Positions 63,638 to 64,000 of a stretch of 64,000 nt of DNA are shown here, in pieces (positions within the stretch are counted from its first letter, which is position 1; each line of letters opens with the position of its first letter). The DNA is from an uncultured Gemmatimonadales bacterium. GTDB taxonomy: Bacteria > Gemmatimonadota > Gemmatimonadetes > Gemmatimonadales > Gemmatimonadaceae. The notes under the pieces are model-generated. The model saw only the letters and a list, made by a program, of their open reading frames with translations. It was not told the DNA's origin and made no database searches. A program made the translations under genes and the position numbers. Where the stretch lies: NCBI GenBank assembly GCA_963850905.1, contig CAWKMU010000003.1:2432001-2496000 (forward strand). Reading direction: 5' to 3'.

Positions 63638-64000
63638 GCGCGACCATCTGCTTGCTGTCGCCTGCCCCCGTCTGGGTCAATCCCCGCATTCGTAAGGAGG
63701 CCGACGCGCTGTTCGAAGCCGGCTACGACGTCGTCGTCGGCTATCGGGCAGACGGCGAGATCAGCCGTGATGATGCGCTGCTCTCGCAGAAACCGTGGCG
63801 ATGGCACCGGATCGATGTGGCACGCCAGCGAGCGCGGGGCCAATGGTTGCGGGCCGCAATTCGGCAACGCGGAGCCGAATGGGCCGTCCGTGCGGGCTTC
63901 GGTGGCCCACGCCGAGCGGCGTATTGCCGCGCCGATGACGCGCTTTGTGACTGGGCTGTCAGCCAGCGAGCGGCGCTCTACATCGCACACACGCAACCAG
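63634..64000 (+). CDS. Probable glycosyltransferase, truncated by the window end
   Basis: GTG start overlapping the upstream stop; NPRIRKEADALFEAGYDV and LYIAH. Confidence 0.6.
   Translation, partial: MSATICLLSPAPVWVNPRIRKEADALFEAGYDVVVGYRADGEISRDDALLSQKPWRWHRIDVARQRARGQWLRAAIRQRGAEWAVRAGFGGPRRAAYCRADDALCDWAVSQRAALYIAHTQP

Overview
High-GC bacterial chromosomal segment. Gene content, order and the AlaS insertion style suggest Gemmatimonadota (inference). It is mostly housekeeping: hemA (partial), an NDP-sugar epimerase, tolQ-tolR-tolA/tonB-tolB-pal-cpoB, tatC, an LptD-like gene, a lipoprotein, hutH-hutU-[radical SAM]-hutI, two very long TPR/low-complexity proteins (one SgmX-like), a polyprenyl synthetase, tatA, a PpiD/SurA-like gene, aroQ-pepP-accB-[pilT]-accC-comB-ftsK, a three-gene methyltransferase/GT-C island, yraN-recA-recX-alaS, a PHP phosphatase, asparaginase, a CCA enzyme, rarA and hflX. 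From about 51.8 kb an ABC-transporter-dependent surface-polysaccharide locus runs off the end of the window. I saw no rRNA, tRNA, CRISPR array or transposase. The most notable unexplained structure is non-coding: three interleaved intergenic repeat families (GTAG-type REP doublets, heptamer-armed palindromic elements, G/C-tract heptamers). Also notable are probable non-canonical start codons (hflX ATC, tolB CTG), leaderless-type -10 boxes, and a candidate operator upstream of recA. alaS and everything after about 54.2 kb carry many frameshifts that look like sequencing or assembly indels, so coordinates there are approximate.
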